DNA of 64,000 nucleotides from Bacteroidales bacterium (GTDB taxonomy: Bacteria > Bacteroidota > Bacteroidia > Bacteroidales > PUMT01): contig SLOE01000084.1 of assembly GCA_007132715.1 (NCBI GenBank), forward strand, positions 6,329-70,328. Direction: 5' to 3'. The position numbers were made by a program, and so were the translations under genes. The notes below the pieces were generated by a model. That model was not told the DNA's origin and ran no database searches. It worked only from the letters and a program-made list of their open reading frames with translations. Below, piece after piece: positions 12,215 through 22,837 of this stretch. Position 1 is the first letter of the stretch. Every line of letters begins with the position of its first letter.

Positions 12215-12610
12215 TTAATAAACGTAACACATTACTTCACCGCCGATACTCATCTTGCGGGCTTCCTTATCGGTCATAACCCCCTGGGATGTCGACATTA
12301 TAGCAACACCAAGTCCGTTAAGCACTCTCGGAAGGTCATCCTTGCCTTTATACTGCCTGAGACCGGGCCGGCTGACACGGCGAAGCGATTTAATGGCCGG
12401 CTGCTTTGTCCCGGGGTGATACTTCAGGGCAATCTTAATGATCCCCTGTACCCCGTCATCCTGGAACTTATAGTTGAGAATATAACCCTTCTCATGAAGA
12501 ATTTTGGTTATATCCTTTTTTACATTGGAAGCAGGAATCTCAACGATCTTATGCTTTGCCATGATGGCATTTCTCAGCCGCGTAAGATAATCTGCTATCG
12601 GATCTGTCAT
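12215..12610 (-). CDS. rpsH: 30S ribosomal protein S8
   Basis: [24 protein letters not shown]. Confidence 0.99.
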   Translation of the reverse strand: MTDPIADYLTRLRNAIMAKHKIVEIPASNVKKDITKILHEKGYILNYKFQDDGVQGIIKIALKYHPGTKQPAIKSLRRVSRPGLRQYKGKDDLPRVLNGLGVAIMSTSQGVMTDKEARKMSIGGEVMCYVY

Positions 12611-12634
12611 CTCAGTTATTATTTTAATAATTAA

Positions 12635-12904
12635 TTACCAACTAGCTTTTCTTATACCGGGGATCAGACCCTTGGATGCCATCTCCCTGAAAGTTATCCT
12701 GCTTACACCGAACTGCCTTATATAACCTTTGGGCCTTCCTGTAAGCTTGCACCGGTTATGAAGACGAATAGGGTTGCTGTTACGTGGCAGGCGGCTCAAT
12801 CCGACATAATCACCCTCTGCTTTAAGCTGGGCCCGCTTCTCTGCGTAACGGTCCACAAGTTTTTGCCGGCGCTTTTCACGCGCTTTCATTGACTCTTTTG
12901 CCAT
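12635..12904 (-). CDS. rpsN: 30S ribosomal protein S14 (89 aa, zinc-independent)
   Basis: [25 protein letters not shown]. Confidence 0.99.
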   Translation of the reverse strand: MAKESMKAREKRRQKLVDRYAEKRAQLKAEGDYVGLSRLPRNSNPIRLHNRCKLTGRPKGYIRQFGVSRITFREMASKGLIPGIRKASW

Positions 12905-12907
12905 TTT

Positions 12908-13465
12908 CTAATTCTTTTTTACGTTCTTGAATGGTATCCCAAACTCCCTGAGTAACGCATACCCCTCTTCATCTGTGGCGGCAGTGGTCACAAAGGTGAT
13001 CTCCATTCCCAGTATTTTATTGATCTTGTCAATATCTATTTCCGGAAAAATAATTTGCTCGGCGATGCCCAGAGTATAGTTGCCGCGTCCGTCGAGCTTA
13101 CCGCTAACTCCCCTGAAATCCCTGATCCTTGGCAAGGCAGCGGCTATAAGTCTTTCCAGGAACTCATACATCTTCTCACTGCGGAGCGTAACACGCACCC
13201 CGATCGGCATATCGCGCCTGAGCTTGAAGTTTGAAATATCTTTCCTAGAGACCGTCTGCACAGCTTTCTGACCAGCTATAGCAGTAAGTTCAGCCTGTGC
13301 CGTTTCGATCAGCTTCTTGTCCGCTACCGCAGCTCCGACGCCCTGGTTTATTACGATCTTTTGCAATTTGGGCACCTGCATGACAGTCTTGTATTTGAAC
13401 TCCTTTTTGAGTGCAGGCACAATCTCATTGAAATATTTGTCTTTAAGTGAAGGCTTGTAGTCCAT
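12908..13465 (-). CDS. rplE: 50S ribosomal protein L5
   Basis: [30 protein letters not shown]. Confidence 0.99.
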   Translation of the reverse strand: MDYKPSLKDKYFNEIVPALKKEFKYKTVMQVPKLQKIVINQGVGAAVADKKLIETAQAELTAIAGQKAVQTVSRKDISNFKLRRDMPIGVRVTLRSEKMYEFLERLIAAALPRIRDFRGVSGKLDGRGNYTLGIAEQIIFPEIDIDKINKILGMEITFVTTAATDEEGYALLREFGIPFKNVKKN

Positions 13466-13788
13466 TACTTGATTTCCTCCCCCGTTTTTTTAGAATAACG
13501 TACCAATTTGTTTTCATCATTGACCCGACGGCCCACTTTTGTGGGATTGCCCGTTGAAGGGTCTACCAGCATCAGGTTGGTAATATTGACAGGTGCTTCC
13601 TTCCTGATTATTCCTCCCTGTGTGTGCTTTGCATTGGGTTTCGTGTGCCGGGCCACCATGTTAACACCTTCAACAATGGCCTTCCCGTCTTTTGTAATCA
13701 CATTGAGAACCCTTCCCTGTTGTCCCCTGGATTCACCAGAGTTAACGTAAACCGTATCACCTTTCTTTATATGGAATTTTCTGCCCAT
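13465..13788 (-). CDS. rplX: 50S ribosomal protein L24
   Basis: IKKGDTV, IVEGVN, GGII.KEAP; start moved to the internal Met (MGRKF) to avoid overlapping rplN. Confidence 0.97.
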   Translation of the reverse strand: MGRKFHIKKGDTVYVNSGESRGQQGRVLNVITKDGKAIVEGVNMVARHTKPNAKHTQGGIIRKEAPVNITNLMLVDPSTGNPTKVGRRVNDENKLVRYSKKTGEEIK

Positions 13789-13810
13789 CAGACTGTTATT
13801 TAATGTTTTA

Positions 13811-14176
13811 CTATAATACTTCCGGCGCAAGCGAGACTATCTTCATATATTTCTCACGAAGCTCGCGCGGGACGGGGCCGAATATACGGGTACCCCTTAT
13901 TTCACCAACGTTGTTAAGAAGAACTACCGCGTTGTCATCGAACCGGATATAGGATCCGTCGTTTCTGCGTATTTCGTTCTTGGTGCGGACAACCACGGCC
14001 TTGGTTACTGTTCCCTTCTTGATTTCACCTGAGGGAATGGCGCTTTTTACAGTAACAACTATCTTATCGCCTACTCTTGCATATTTCTTTCCGCTTCCGC
14101 CAAGCACCCTGATGCAAAGGACCTCCTTGGCCCCTGAGTTGTCAGCTACGCCTAATCTGCTCTCTTGTTGTATCAT
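13811..14176 (-). CDS. rplN: 50S ribosomal protein L14
   Basis: [30 protein letters not shown]. Confidence 0.99.
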   Translation of the reverse strand: MIQQESRLGVADNSGAKEVLCIRVLGGSGKKYARVGDKIVVTVKSAIPSGEIKKGTVTKAVVVRTKNEIRRNDGSYIRFDDNAVVLLNNVGEIRGTRIFGPVPRELREKYMKIVSLAPEVL

Positions 14177-14178
14177 CG

Positions 14179-14433
14179 TTATTTAGCTCTTTCTATTATT
14201 TCTACCAGCCTCCAGCATTTATCCTTGCTCAAAGGCCTCGTTTCCATTATCTTGACAGTATCACCAATATTACAGCTGTTCTGCTCATCATGAGCCATCA
14301 GCTTGGTCGATTTCTTTAAAAACTTTCCGTAAATCGGATGCTTAACCCTGCGGTTAACGGTAACTAATATGGACTTCTCCATTTTGTTGCTTATAACAAC
14401 ACCGACCCGTTCTTTTCTAAGTTTCCTTTCCAT
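14179..14433 (-). CDS. rpsQ: 30S ribosomal protein S17
   Basis: [23 protein letters not shown]. Confidence 0.99.
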   Translation of the reverse strand: MERKLRKERVGVVISNKMEKSILVTVNRRVKHPIYGKFLKKSTKLMAHDEQNSCNIGDTVKIMETRPLSKDKCWRLVEIIERAK

Positions 14434-14441
14434 TGGTATAA

Positions 14442-14648
14442 CTAACTTTTCTGTTTCTCTGTTAACATACGTTGATGCAATTCAGTCTTCAACCTGGCAA
14501 TATTCCTTCTGGTAGCCGGTATTTTAAGAGGATTGTCAAGCGGCGATACCGTATGGTTCATCCTGAGCTTGAGCAGGAGGCTCTTCTCAGTATCGATCCG
14601 CTCCTCTATTTCGCTGGTGGATAACTCCTTTATCTCTTTAATCTTCAT
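14442..14648 (-). CDS. rpmC: 50S ribosomal protein L29
   Basis: Between rplP and rpsQ; RRNIARLKT. Confidence 0.96.
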   Translation of the reverse strand: MKIKEIKELSTSEIEERIDTEKSLLLKLRMNHTVSPLDNPLKIPATRRNIARLKTELHQRMLTEKQKS

Positions 14649-14666
14649 ATTGTATTATTCTTTAGA

Positions 14667-15095
14667 TCAATTGGGTTTGTGCTCAAAATCACGCCGTACA
14701 ACGAATTTCGTGGTAATAGGCAGCTTCTGGGCTGCAAGCCTGAGAGCCTCCCTGGCGACTTCAATAGGCACACCTTCCGCCTCTATGATTATTCTGCCGG
14801 GAGTAACCGGTGCAACGAAAGCTTCGGGAGCACCTTTACCCTTACCCATACGGACCTCTGCGGGTTTTTTGGTTATAGGTTTATCCGGAAATATCCTTAT
14901 CCAGATCTGCCCCTCCCTTTTCATATGACGGGTAACCGCCTGCCTGGCAGCTTCGATCTGACGGCTCGTGATCCAGGATTCCTGAAGGGCCTTTATGCCG
15001 AACGAGCCGAATGCCAACTGGTTGCCGCGCTGTGCGTTGCCCTTCATCTTGCCTTTCTGCTGCCGTCTGTATTTCGTTTTCTTTGGCTGTAACAT
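14667..15095 (-). CDS. rplP: 50S ribosomal protein L16
   Basis: [24 protein letters not shown]. Confidence 0.99.
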   Translation of the reverse strand: MLQPKKTKYRRQQKGKMKGNAQRGNQLAFGSFGIKALQESWITSRQIEAARQAVTRHMKREGQIWIRIFPDKPITKKPAEVRMGKGKGAPEAFVAPVTPGRIIIEAEGVPIEVAREALRLAAQKLPITTKFVVRRDFEHKPN

Positions 15096-15125
15096 TGGTA
15101 CAATATCTTATTGTATATTAATAAA

Positions 15126-15842
15126 CTATTTTTTCCTTCTTTTAAATCCTCCCCTGTCCTTCGGCTTATCTCCGGTTGCAGGTCCGCCTGCACCCAGGTT
15201 AGGCGACAGGTCGCGTTTTCCGTAAACTTCTCCGTTGCATATCCATACCTTTACGCCGATCATTCCCACCTTGGTCAGGGCCTCGCTGAGTGCATAATCA
15301 ATATTGGCCCTAAGGGTATGCAGGGGTGTACGTCCCTCCTTGTACATTTCCGACCTTGCCATCTCTGCGCCGCCGAGCCTGCCGCTGATCTGCACCTTAA
15401 TTCCTTCGGCGCCCATTCGCATGGTCGAGGCAATTGCCATCTTGATGGCACGCCTGTAGGATATCTTACCCTCAATCTGCCTTGCAAGGTTGTTGGCTAC
15501 TATTGTAGCGTCAAGTTCCGGGCGCTTTACCTCAAAAATATTGATCTGCACATCCTTCTGCGTGATCTTCTTTAGTTCCTCCTTAAGTTTGTCTACTTCC
15601 TGTCCGCCCTTCCCGATAATTATCCCGGGCCTGGCAGTATTCACGGTTACCGTGATTAGCTTGAGTGTCCGTTCGATTATAATTTTTGAGATACTCGCCT
15701 TTGCAAGCCTCGCAGTTAGATACTGCCTGATCTTGTGGTCCTCAACCAGCTTGGCAGAATAATCGTTGCCTCCATACCAGTTGGAATCCCAACCCCTGAT
15801 TATGCCCAGCCTGTTACTTATCGGATTAACTTTTTGTCCCAT
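15126..15842 (-). CDS. rpsC: 30S ribosomal protein S3
   Basis: [37 protein letters not shown]. Confidence 0.99.
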   Translation of the reverse strand: MGQKVNPISNRLGIIRGWDSNWYGGNDYSAKLVEDHKIRQYLTARLAKASISKIIIERTLKLITVTVNTARPGIIIGKGGQEVDKLKEELKKITQKDVQINIFEVKRPELDATIVANNLARQIEGKISYRRAIKMAIASTMRMGAEGIKVQISGRLGGAEMARSEMYKEGRTPLHTLRANIDYALSEALTKVGMIGVKVWICNGEVYGKRDLSPNLGAGGPATGDKPKDRGGFKRRKK

Positions 15843-15848
15843 TGACTA

Positions 15849-16271
15849 TTATTTTGTATCGACTTCTGTCGGTTGTTGTTCAACTTTGTCCAGTACCACG
15901 GTCACATGGTTGGAGCGTTTCCTTATACGATGAGCCCTGCCCTGCGGGGCCGGCCTCAGTCTCTTGAGGGTCCTTGCCTGGTCAACCTTTACCTCGCTTA
16001 CCACAAGGCTTGTATCTTCAATACGCACTCCCTCATTCTTTATCTGCCAGTTGGCAATAGCTGAAAGCAGAAGCTTCTCCATCCTCCGGGATGCTTCCTT
16101 TGAGCTGAATTTAAGGGTGTCAAGAGCCTTGTTAACTTCTTCACCCCTTATTATATCGGCAACCAGCCTCATTTTACGCGGAGAAGTGGGGCAATTGCGC
16201 AGCACGGCAAAATACCTGCTTTTCTTTTCCTCCTTTATCTTCTGAGCTCGTTGTTGTTTTCTGGATCCCAT
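15849..16271 (-). CDS. rplV: 50S ribosomal protein L22
   Basis: [27 protein letters not shown]. Confidence 0.99.
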   Translation of the reverse strand: MGSRKQQRAQKIKEEKKSRYFAVLRNCPTSPRKMRLVADIIRGEEVNKALDTLKFSSKEASRRMEKLLLSAIANWQIKNEGVRIEDTSLVVSEVKVDQARTLKRLRPAPQGRAHRIRKRSNHVTVVLDKVEQQPTEVDTK

Positions 16272-16302
16272 CTCTGAAAATTATAATGAATGTTGTATAA
16301 TC

Positions 16303-16572
16303 CTATTTATTCCTTTTACCTCCGTGACCGCGGAACATCCGGGTGGGAGAAAATTCGCCGAGCTTGTGTCCCACCATGTTCTCGGTAACATATACGGGAA
16401 TGAATTTGTTCCCGTTGTGAACGGCAATCGTATGGCCCACAAAATCGGGCGATATCATCGAACGGCGCGACCAGGTCTTGATAACTGTCTTCTTGCCCGA
16501 CTTGTTCATGTCGGTAACCCTTTTTTCCACCTTGTAATCAATAAAAGGTCCTTTCTTCAGTGAGCGACTCAT
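16303..16572 (-). CDS. rpsS: 30S ribosomal protein S19
   Basis: [28 protein letters not shown]. Confidence 0.99.
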   Translation of the reverse strand: MSRSLKKGPFIDYKVEKRVTDMNKSGKKTVIKTWSRRSMISPDFVGHTIAVHNGNKFIPVYVTENMVGHKLGEFSPTRMFRGHGGKRNK

Positions 16573-16593
16573 AGTGATCGTTTATTATCAGTT

Positions 16594-17418
16594 TTATTTT
16601 TTCCTTTTCTCAACAATATACTTGCTTGAAGCCTTCTTTTTCGAACGGGTCTTGTAACCCTTTGCAGGCAAACCTTTTCTTGACCTCGGATGTCCGCCTG
16701 AAGCACGTCCTTCCCCGCCACCCATCGGATGATCAACCGGGTTCATCACAACGCCCCTCACCCTCGGCCTGCGTCCCAGCCAGCGGCTGCGGCCGGCCTT
16801 GCCGGAACGTTCAAGTGCATTGTCAGGATTGGATACCGACCCGATTGTAGCACGACAGGTCACGAGTATCATCCTCATCTCGCCCGAAGGCAGCTTGATA
16901 ATGGCATACTTACCTTCACGGCTGGTGAGCTGTGCATATGATCCTGCGCTTCTTGCCATTGCCGCGCCCTTACCTGGCTGCAGCTCAATATTATGAATTA
17001 CCGTACCAAGGGGTATATCCGAAAGGAACAGTGTGTTTCCTATCTCCGGTGCCACATCCTTTCCAGACATAATTGTCTGTCCAACCTGCAATCCTGCCGG
17101 CGCTATTATATACCTTTTTTCGCCGTCAGCGTAAACCACCAGTGCAATCCTCGCCGAACGGTTGGGATCATACTCGATGGTTTTTACCACGGCAGGAACT
17201 CCATCCTTGTTCCTTTTGAAATCGATGACCCGGTAACGGCGCTTATGACCGCCACCCAGATACCTCATTGTCATCTTACCCTGATTGTTCCTCCCGCCCG
17301 ATTTCTTATGCGGTGCAAGGAGCGACTTCTCGGGCTTGTCGGTAGTGATATGCTCGAAAGTCGATTTTATCTTGTGCCTCTGGCCCGGGGTAACCGGGTT
17401 TAATTTACGTACTGCCAT
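16594..17418 (-). CDS. rplB: 50S ribosomal protein L2
   Basis: [28 protein letters not shown]. Confidence 0.99.
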   Translation of the reverse strand: MAVRKLNPVTPGQRHKIKSTFEHITTDKPEKSLLAPHKKSGGRNNQGKMTMRYLGGGHKRRYRVIDFKRNKDGVPAVVKTIEYDPNRSARIALVVYADGEKRYIIAPAGLQVGQTIMSGKDVAPEIGNTLFLSDIPLGTVIHNIELQPGKGAAMARSAGSYAQLTSREGKYAIIKLPSGEMRMILVTCRATIGSVSNPDNALERSGKAGRSRWLGRRPRVRGVVMNPVDHPMGGGEGRASGGHPRSRKGLPAKGYKTRSKKKASSKYIVEKRKK

Positions 17419-17484
17419 TTTTGTAGAAACTCTATTCTGTTATTATTATCTCCCTTTCGGGGAAGACAACGCCTTCCCTGTTCA

Positions 17485-17775
17485 CTATATATTACTGTAG
17501 AAATCAATCATATCACCCTCGGCAAGAGTTATTATTGCCTTTTTGAATGATCCAGTCTTGCCGTGTATCATTCCGGTCTTGGTATACCTGGATTTTGACT
17601 TGCCTCCGTAAACAATGGTGTTTACCGCATCAACCCGCACATCATACATCTCTTCTACGGCCTTTTTTATCTGTATTTTGTTGGCCTTCTTTTCTACAAT
17701 AAAACCATACCTGTTCAGCTTATCGCCGAGATTGGTCATTTTTTCGGTAATGATCGGTTTTTTTATAATTTCCAT
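17485..17775 (-). CDS. rplW: 50S ribosomal protein L23
   Basis: PIITEK, ANK.QIK.AVE, KKAIITL. Confidence 0.98.
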   Translation of the reverse strand: MEIIKKPIITEKMTNLGDKLNRYGFIVEKKANKIQIKKAVEEMYDVRVDAVNTIVYGGKSKSRYTKTGMIHGKTGSFKKAIITLAEGDMIDFYSNI

Positions 17776-17780
17776 GATTA

Positions 17781-18419
17781 TTACTGTTTTCGGTTGCTTA
17801 ACATGTTGTCCAGGATATCGACAGAGCTTTCGGCAATTAAAAGTACCGAAGCGTTCATGATGTCATATGTATTCAGTTCTGAAGCGATGATAACCTTTAC
17901 ACCCTGCAGATTACGCGATGACAGATATATGTTGTTGTTCTGTTCATTCAGCACCAGCAGTGATTTTTCACCGTTAGCCTTGAGGTTGCTGAGAAACGCG
18001 GCATAATCGGCAGTGCGTGGTGCCTCCAGGATGAAGTCCTCAATAACGCGGATCTTGTCGGATTTGGCCTTGTATGTAAGAGCTGACCTCCTTGCAAGTT
18101 TTTTCACCTTCTTGTTCAGCTTGAAGCTGTAATCGCGCGGTTGGGGACCAAAGGTACGGCCTCCGCCCCTGAAGATGGGACTCTTTATATCACCTGCACG
18201 CGCAGTGCCTGTTCCTTTCTGCCTTTTGATCTTTTTAGTACTGCCGGTAACCTCCGAACGCTCCTTGGTCTTGTGAGTGCCCTGCCTTTTGCCGGCCATG
18301 AAATGTTTCACATCAAGATAAATAGCATGATCATTCGGCTCAATTCCGAAGATGCTGTCATCCAGGCTTACGTTCCTGCCTGTCTCTTCACCTTTGATAT
18401 TATATACTGCTAACTCCAT
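17781..18419 (-). CDS. rplD: 50S ribosomal protein L4
   Basis: [29 protein letters not shown]. Confidence 0.99.
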   Translation of the reverse strand: MELAVYNIKGEETGRNVSLDDSIFGIEPNDHAIYLDVKHFMAGKRQGTHKTKERSEVTGSTKKIKRQKGTGTARAGDIKSPIFRGGGRTFGPQPRDYSFKLNKKVKKLARRSALTYKAKSDKIRVIEDFILEAPRTADYAAFLSNLKANGEKSLLVLNEQNNNIYLSSRNLQGVKVIIASELNTYDIMNASVLLIAESSVDILDNMLSNRKQ

Positions 18420-18420
18420 C

Positions 18421-19038
18421 TTATTGCTGAATAATTAAATATGAACCTTTCGCACCCGGAACTGATCCTCTGACCAGCAGAAGATTGCTCTCGGGTATTA
18501 TCTTTACGACCCTGAGGGATATCATCATAACATTTTCCCCGCCCATCCTTCCGGCCATCCTCATTCCTTTGAATACACGTGACGGATATGACGAACTTCC
18601 GATCGACCCGGGCGCACGCATCCTGTTGTGCTGTCCGTGAGTAGCCTGACCCACTCCAGCGAAACCGTGCCTTTTCACCACACCCTGAAATCCTTTTCCT
18701 TTTGACATCCCCGTAATATCGAGCCAGGTGTCATTCTTCAGCAGGTCTACGGTAATTACATCTCCAAGCTTCACCTCCTGTGTAAAGTTGTAAAATTCAT
18801 GCAGTTTCTTTTTCGGGGTGGTTTTGGCCTTCCTGAAATGCCCAAGCATAGGCTTGTTGCATGACTTCTCCTTCTTCTCGTCAAAGGCAAGCTGAACAGC
18901 CTCATAGCCGTCTTTCTCCATTGTCTTTACCTGTGTAACGACACAGGGGCCCGCCTCAATAACTGTACAGGGAGTATTCCTCCCGTCCTCATCAAACACC
19001 GAGGTCATGCCTATCTTTTTACCAATTAATCCGGACAT
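18421..19038 (-). CDS. rplC: 50S ribosomal protein L3
   Basis: [28 protein letters not shown]. Confidence 0.99.
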   Translation of the reverse strand: MSGLIGKKIGMTSVFDEDGRNTPCTVIEAGPCVVTQVKTMEKDGYEAVQLAFDEKKEKSCNKPMLGHFRKAKTTPKKKLHEFYNFTQEVKLGDVITVDLLKNDTWLDITGMSKGKGFQGVVKRHGFAGVGQATHGQHNRMRAPGSIGSSSYPSRVFKGMRMAGRMGGENVMMISLRVVKIIPESNLLLVRGSVPGAKGSYLIIQQ

Positions 19039-19059
19039 CTTATCTCTGTTTACAAAAAA

Positions 19060-19365
19060 TTACACTTTTATTTCAACCTCAACTCCGCTGGGCAATTCCA
19101 GTTTCATCAGTGCATCTATTGTTTTGGGAGTTGAACTGTATATATCAAGCAGGCGCTTGTATGAACTCAGTTCAAACTGCTCCCTCGATTTCTTGTTTAC
19201 GAACGGCGAACGCAGAACCGTGAATATCCTCTTGTGGGTGGGCAGCGGGATTGGCCCGCTCACGATTGCTCCCGTTGTCTTTACGGTCTTAACGATCTTT
19301 TCGGTCGACTTGTCCACCAGGTTGTGATCGTATGATTTCAGTTTTATTCGTATTTTCTGGCTCAT
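19060..19365 (-). CDS. rpsJ: 30S ribosomal protein S10
   Basis: [23 protein letters not shown]. Confidence 0.99.
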   Translation of the reverse strand: MSQKIRIKLKSYDHNLVDKSTEKIVKTVKTTGAIVSGPIPLPTHKRIFTVLRSPFVNKKSREQFELSSYKRLLDIYSSTPKTIDALMKLELPSGVEVEIKV

Positions 19366-19377
19366 TTTATTTGTTGA

Positions 19378-21483
19378 TTATGCTGATTCTTTTCGCCCGG
19401 TTGAGCTTTCCAGTAATTTTTTTGCTATAACGTCAGTAACCCTCTCGTAATGTGAAAACTCCATTGTTGAAGTGGCCCTTCCCGATGTAAGTGTGCGCAG
19501 CACGGTAACGTAACCGAATTGCTCGGCAAGCGGCACCCTGGCACGTATGATCCTGGCACCTGCTTTCCCTTCCATCTTTTCGACGTTGCCCCTCCTTTTA
19601 TTGAAATCTGATATTACATCTCCCATGTACTCCTCAGGGGTAACCACTTCTACTTTCATTATCGGCTCCATCAGTACAGGTTTTGTCTTCGGCAGCGCAT
19701 GCCTGAAGGCCTGTTTTGCCGCGATTTCAAATGAGAGGCTGTCTGAGTCAACATTGTGATATGATCCGTCAACAAGCTCAACCTTAAGGTTCTCAACAGG
19801 GTATCCTGCCAGCACACCGTTTTGCATCGCCTCTGCAAACCCCTTCTGAACCGAGGGTATGTATTCCTTTGGAATATTGCCTCCCTTGACCTCATCAATA
19901 AATTGAAGTCCGGTATGCCCCTCATCAGCCGGGGATATTCTTACTATTATGTCGGCAAACTTACCCCTGCCCCCTGTCTGCTTCCTGAACACTTCCCTGT
20001 GTTCAACGGGCACGGTGATAGCTTCCCTGTAGGCCACCTGGGGCGCACCCTGGTTGCACTCCACCTTGAATTCACGTTTAAGCCTGTCAACCAGTATCTC
20101 AAGGTGCAGTTCTCCCATACCGTTTATCAGGGTCTGCCCTGACTGGTCGTCGTATCTGACCTTGAATGTGGGGTCCTCCTCAGAAAGCTTGTTTAGAGCT
20201 AACCCCAGCTTGTCGATATCCGCTTGTGTTTTGGGCTCTATTGCCACGCCGATTACCGGTTCGGGAAAAGTGATCGATTCCAGCAGTATTGGCTTTTTCT
20301 CCTCACAAAGTGTATCGCCGGTCCTCAGATCCTTGAGCCCTACTGCGGCGCATATATCACCAGCCTCAATGACCTCCTTGGGATGCTGCTTGTTTGCATG
20401 CATCTGGTACAGCCGGGTGATGCGCTCCTTCTTGCCTGTACGAACATTCAGAACATGGCTTCCGGCTACGATCCGTCCGCTGTAGACCCTCAAAAACGCA
20501 AGACGCCCGACAAACGGGTCGGTAGCTATCTTAAACGCCAGGGCTGACATTGGCTCTGTATTGTCGGGCTTCCTTTCAATCAATTCGTCGTTGCGGGGGT
20601 TAATGCCCTTTACGGCTTCAATATCGACCGGTGACGGGAGGAAAGCCACAATAGCATCCAGCAGGCGCTGAATACCCTTGTTCTTGAAAGCCGCACCGCA
20701 CATTACCGGCACAACGGTCATACCGATGGTTGCTTTCCTTATGGCAGCTATGAGCTGCTCATTGGTAATTGATCCGGGGTGCTCAAGATACTGCTCGAGT
20801 ATGGTATCGTCGGCATCGGCTACCGATTCGATCAGCCTGCCCCTCCACTCCTGTGCCTCTTCTGCCAGATCATCGGGTATACCGGTCAATTCATAGGTAA
20901 CGCCAAGCTTATCCTCATGCCAGATCACGGCCTTCATCTCGATCAGGTCGACAACACCCCTGAAGTTCTCTTCAGAGCCAATTGGTAACTGCAAGGGCAC
21001 AGGGTTTGCTCCCAGCTTCTCATGTATCTGCGACACCACTGTAAGGAAATCGGCTCCCGAGCGGTCCATCTTGTTTACAAACCCGATACGGGGCACCCTG
21101 TACCTGTCGGCCTGCCTCCATACGGTCTCTGACTGCGGCTCGACACCTCCAACTGCACAAAAAACGGCAACGGCCCCATCCAGTACCCGGAGCGACCGTT
21201 CCACCTCAACTGTAAAATCGACGTGACCGGGTGTATCTATAATATTTATCTTATAATCTTCATTATTGTATTTCCAGAAGGTTGTGGTTGCTGCAGAAGT
21301 AATGGTAATGCCGCGCTCCTGCTCCTGGACCATCCAGTCCATAGTAGCAGCACCGTCATGCACCTCGCCCATCCGGTGAGTTATGCCTGTATAAAACAGG
21401 ATCCTCTCCGTTGTGGTGGTCTTACCGGCATCAATGTGGGCCATTATGCCGATGTTTCGCGTATTTTTTAGATTCTTTACCAT
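19378..21483 (-). CDS. fusA: Elongation factor G (canonical)
   Basis: [35 protein letters not shown]; in the str operon. Confidence 0.98.
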   Translation of the reverse strand: MVKNLKNTRNIGIMAHIDAGKTTTTERILFYTGITHRMGEVHDGAATMDWMVQEQERGITITSAATTTFWKYNNEDYKINIIDTPGHVDFTVEVERSLRVLDGAVAVFCAVGGVEPQSETVWRQADRYRVPRIGFVNKMDRSGADFLTVVSQIHEKLGANPVPLQLPIGSEENFRGVVDLIEMKAVIWHEDKLGVTYELTGIPDDLAEEAQEWRGRLIESVADADDTILEQYLEHPGSITNEQLIAAIRKATIGMTVVPVMCGAAFKNKGIQRLLDAIVAFLPSPVDIEAVKGINPRNDELIERKPDNTEPMSALAFKIATDPFVGRLAFLRVYSGRIVAGSHVLNVRTGKKERITRLYQMHANKQHPKEVIEAGDICAAVGLKDLRTGDTLCEEKKPILLESITFPEPVIGVAIEPKTQADIDKLGLALNKLSEEDPTFKVRYDDQSGQTLINGMGELHLEILVDRLKREFKVECNQGAPQVAYREAITVPVEHREVFRKQTGGRGKFADIIVRISPADEGHTGLQFIDEVKGGNIPKEYIPSVQKGFAEAMQNGVLAGYPVENLKVELVDGSYHNVDSDSLSFEIAAKQAFRHALPKTKPVLMEPIMKVEVVTPEEYMGDVISDFNKRRGNVEKMEGKAGARIIRARVPLAEQFGYVTVLRTLTSGRATSTMEFSHYERVTDVIAKKLLESSTGRKESA

Positions 21484-21525
21484 TTATTAATTATACAACC
21501 TCTCTGCTTCTATTGTCCTGTTCAG

Positions 21526-22002
21526 TTAGAACCTGAAATGGGCAAAAGCCTTGTTCGCCTCAGCCATCCTGTGCATATCCTCTTTTCTTTTGAAAGCGGC
21601 GCCTTCCTCATTGAATGCTGCCACAATCTCAGCTCCCAGCTTGTCGGCCATGGTCTTTCCGGCACGCTTGCGCGAAAAAAGGATCATATTCTTCATGCTG
21701 ATGGAAACCTTCCTTTCCGACCTGACCTCCTGCGGTACCTGGAAAGTAGCCCCACCAACCCTGCGGCTTTTAACCTCTACCATGGGAGTTATGTTCTCCA
21801 GTGCTTTCTTCCATACCTCGAGAGGTGTCTTGCCCGAATCCTTAGTCTTTTTCTCAACGATATCCAGTGCGTCGTAAAAGATATTAAATGAAAGACTCTT
21901 CTTGCCCTGATACATCATATTGTTTACAAACCGGGTAACCTCAATGTCTCCATATTTTGGATCCGGAAGCAGGATTCTCTTCTTTGGTTTTGACTTTCTC
22001 AT
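21526..22002 (-). CDS. rpsG: 30S ribosomal protein S7
   Basis: [30 protein letters not shown]. Confidence 0.99.
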   Translation of the reverse strand: MRKSKPKKRILLPDPKYGDIEVTRFVNNMMYQGKKSLSFNIFYDALDIVEKKTKDSGKTPLEVWKKALENITPMVEVKSRRVGGATFQVPQEVRSERKVSISMKNMILFSRKRAGKTMADKLGAEIVAAFNEEGAAFKRKEDMHRMAEANKAFAHFRF

Positions 22003-22022
22003 CTGCTTATGCTGATTTTATA

Positions 22023-22403
22023 TTATTTTTTGACCTTTGGCCTCTTTGTGCCGTACTTTGACCTTCTTTGCGTACGTCCTTCAACTCCTGAAGTGTCCAG
22101 TGCGCCGCGAACCAGGTGGTATCTCACGCCGGGCAGATCCTTAACCCTGCCGCCCCTGATCAGAACAATAGAGTGTTCCTGCAGGTTGTGACCTTCTCCG
22201 GGGATATATGAATTCACTTCCTTCCCGTTGGTAAGCCTTACCCTGGCCACTTTCCTCATGGCCGAGTTGGGCTTTTTCGGTGTGGTAGTATAAACACGCA
22301 CACATACACCCCTTCTTTGAGGGCATGCATCCAGAGCAGGAGCCTTCTTCTTTTCGGTCAGCCTGGTCCTTCCTTTTCTTACTAACTGCTGAATTGTAGG
22401 CAT
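22023..22403 (-). CDS. rpsL: 30S ribosomal protein S12
   Basis: [27 protein letters not shown]. Confidence 0.99.
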   Translation of the reverse strand: MPTIQQLVRKGRTRLTEKKKAPALDACPQRRGVCVRVYTTTPKKPNSAMRKVARVRLTNGKEVNSYIPGEGHNLQEHSIVLIRGGRVKDLPGVRYHLVRGALDTSGVEGRTQRRSKYGTKRPKVKK

Positions 22404-22448
22404 AAAGATTAATTCAAATATTTACAAACATTTTATTAAACGGGTGTG

Positions 22449-22477
22449 CAAAGGTATACTTTTTTTTGTAAAAACAA
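22449..22477 (-). promoter_or_regulatory. Bacteroidota primary-sigma promoter proximal to rpsL
   Basis: -7 element TACCTTTG (22449-22456) with TTG about 18 nt upstream. Confidence 0.7.
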
Positions 22478-22786
22478 GAATCCTTAATTAATATTTTCCT
22501 CCGTTCCTCGCCTGTTTGCAGGCAGTATGCCATCTGCACGATGTCAGTCTCCTACCCGTCTCAATGTACCCGGTTCCGTTCCGGTGGTAGTCCTGCTATT
22601 TCCAATCCCGTCTGTGCAATCCGGCAACAATCGGATCATCCTGTTTCCGCCACATAATATATAATATTATGTATGCTGCAAACAGGCTTGCCAGGTGATC
22701 AGTAAATTCGAAAATAGAGTAACCCTGTATAACAGAAACTGTTTAAGGGGAATGTACTACAAGTACGGCACCCTTCCGAAGGTCTG

Positions 22787-22816
22787 CAAAGGTAGTAAAA
22801 AAGTTTTTCCGGTCAA
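22787..22816 (-). promoter_or_regulatory. Second, distal primary-sigma promoter upstream of rpsL
   Basis: TTG(22814-22816)-N19-TACCTTTG(22787-22794), consensus spacing. Confidence 0.65.
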
Positions 22817-22837
22817 CAATTTTGCAGTTAAAATCGA

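Noticed and set aside
19060-22403. tuf missing from the str operon, and adk missing after secY
   Set aside because: Normal Bacteroidota gene order.
22023-22403. Streptomycin-resistance substitutions in S12
   Set aside because: TPKKPNSA and RVKDLPG are wild type.
22510-22687. MITE or 6S RNA identity for the inverted-repeat element
   Set aside because: No target-site duplication is visible, and the pairing does not continue into the long rod expected of 6S; kept only as an unnamed RNA candidate.
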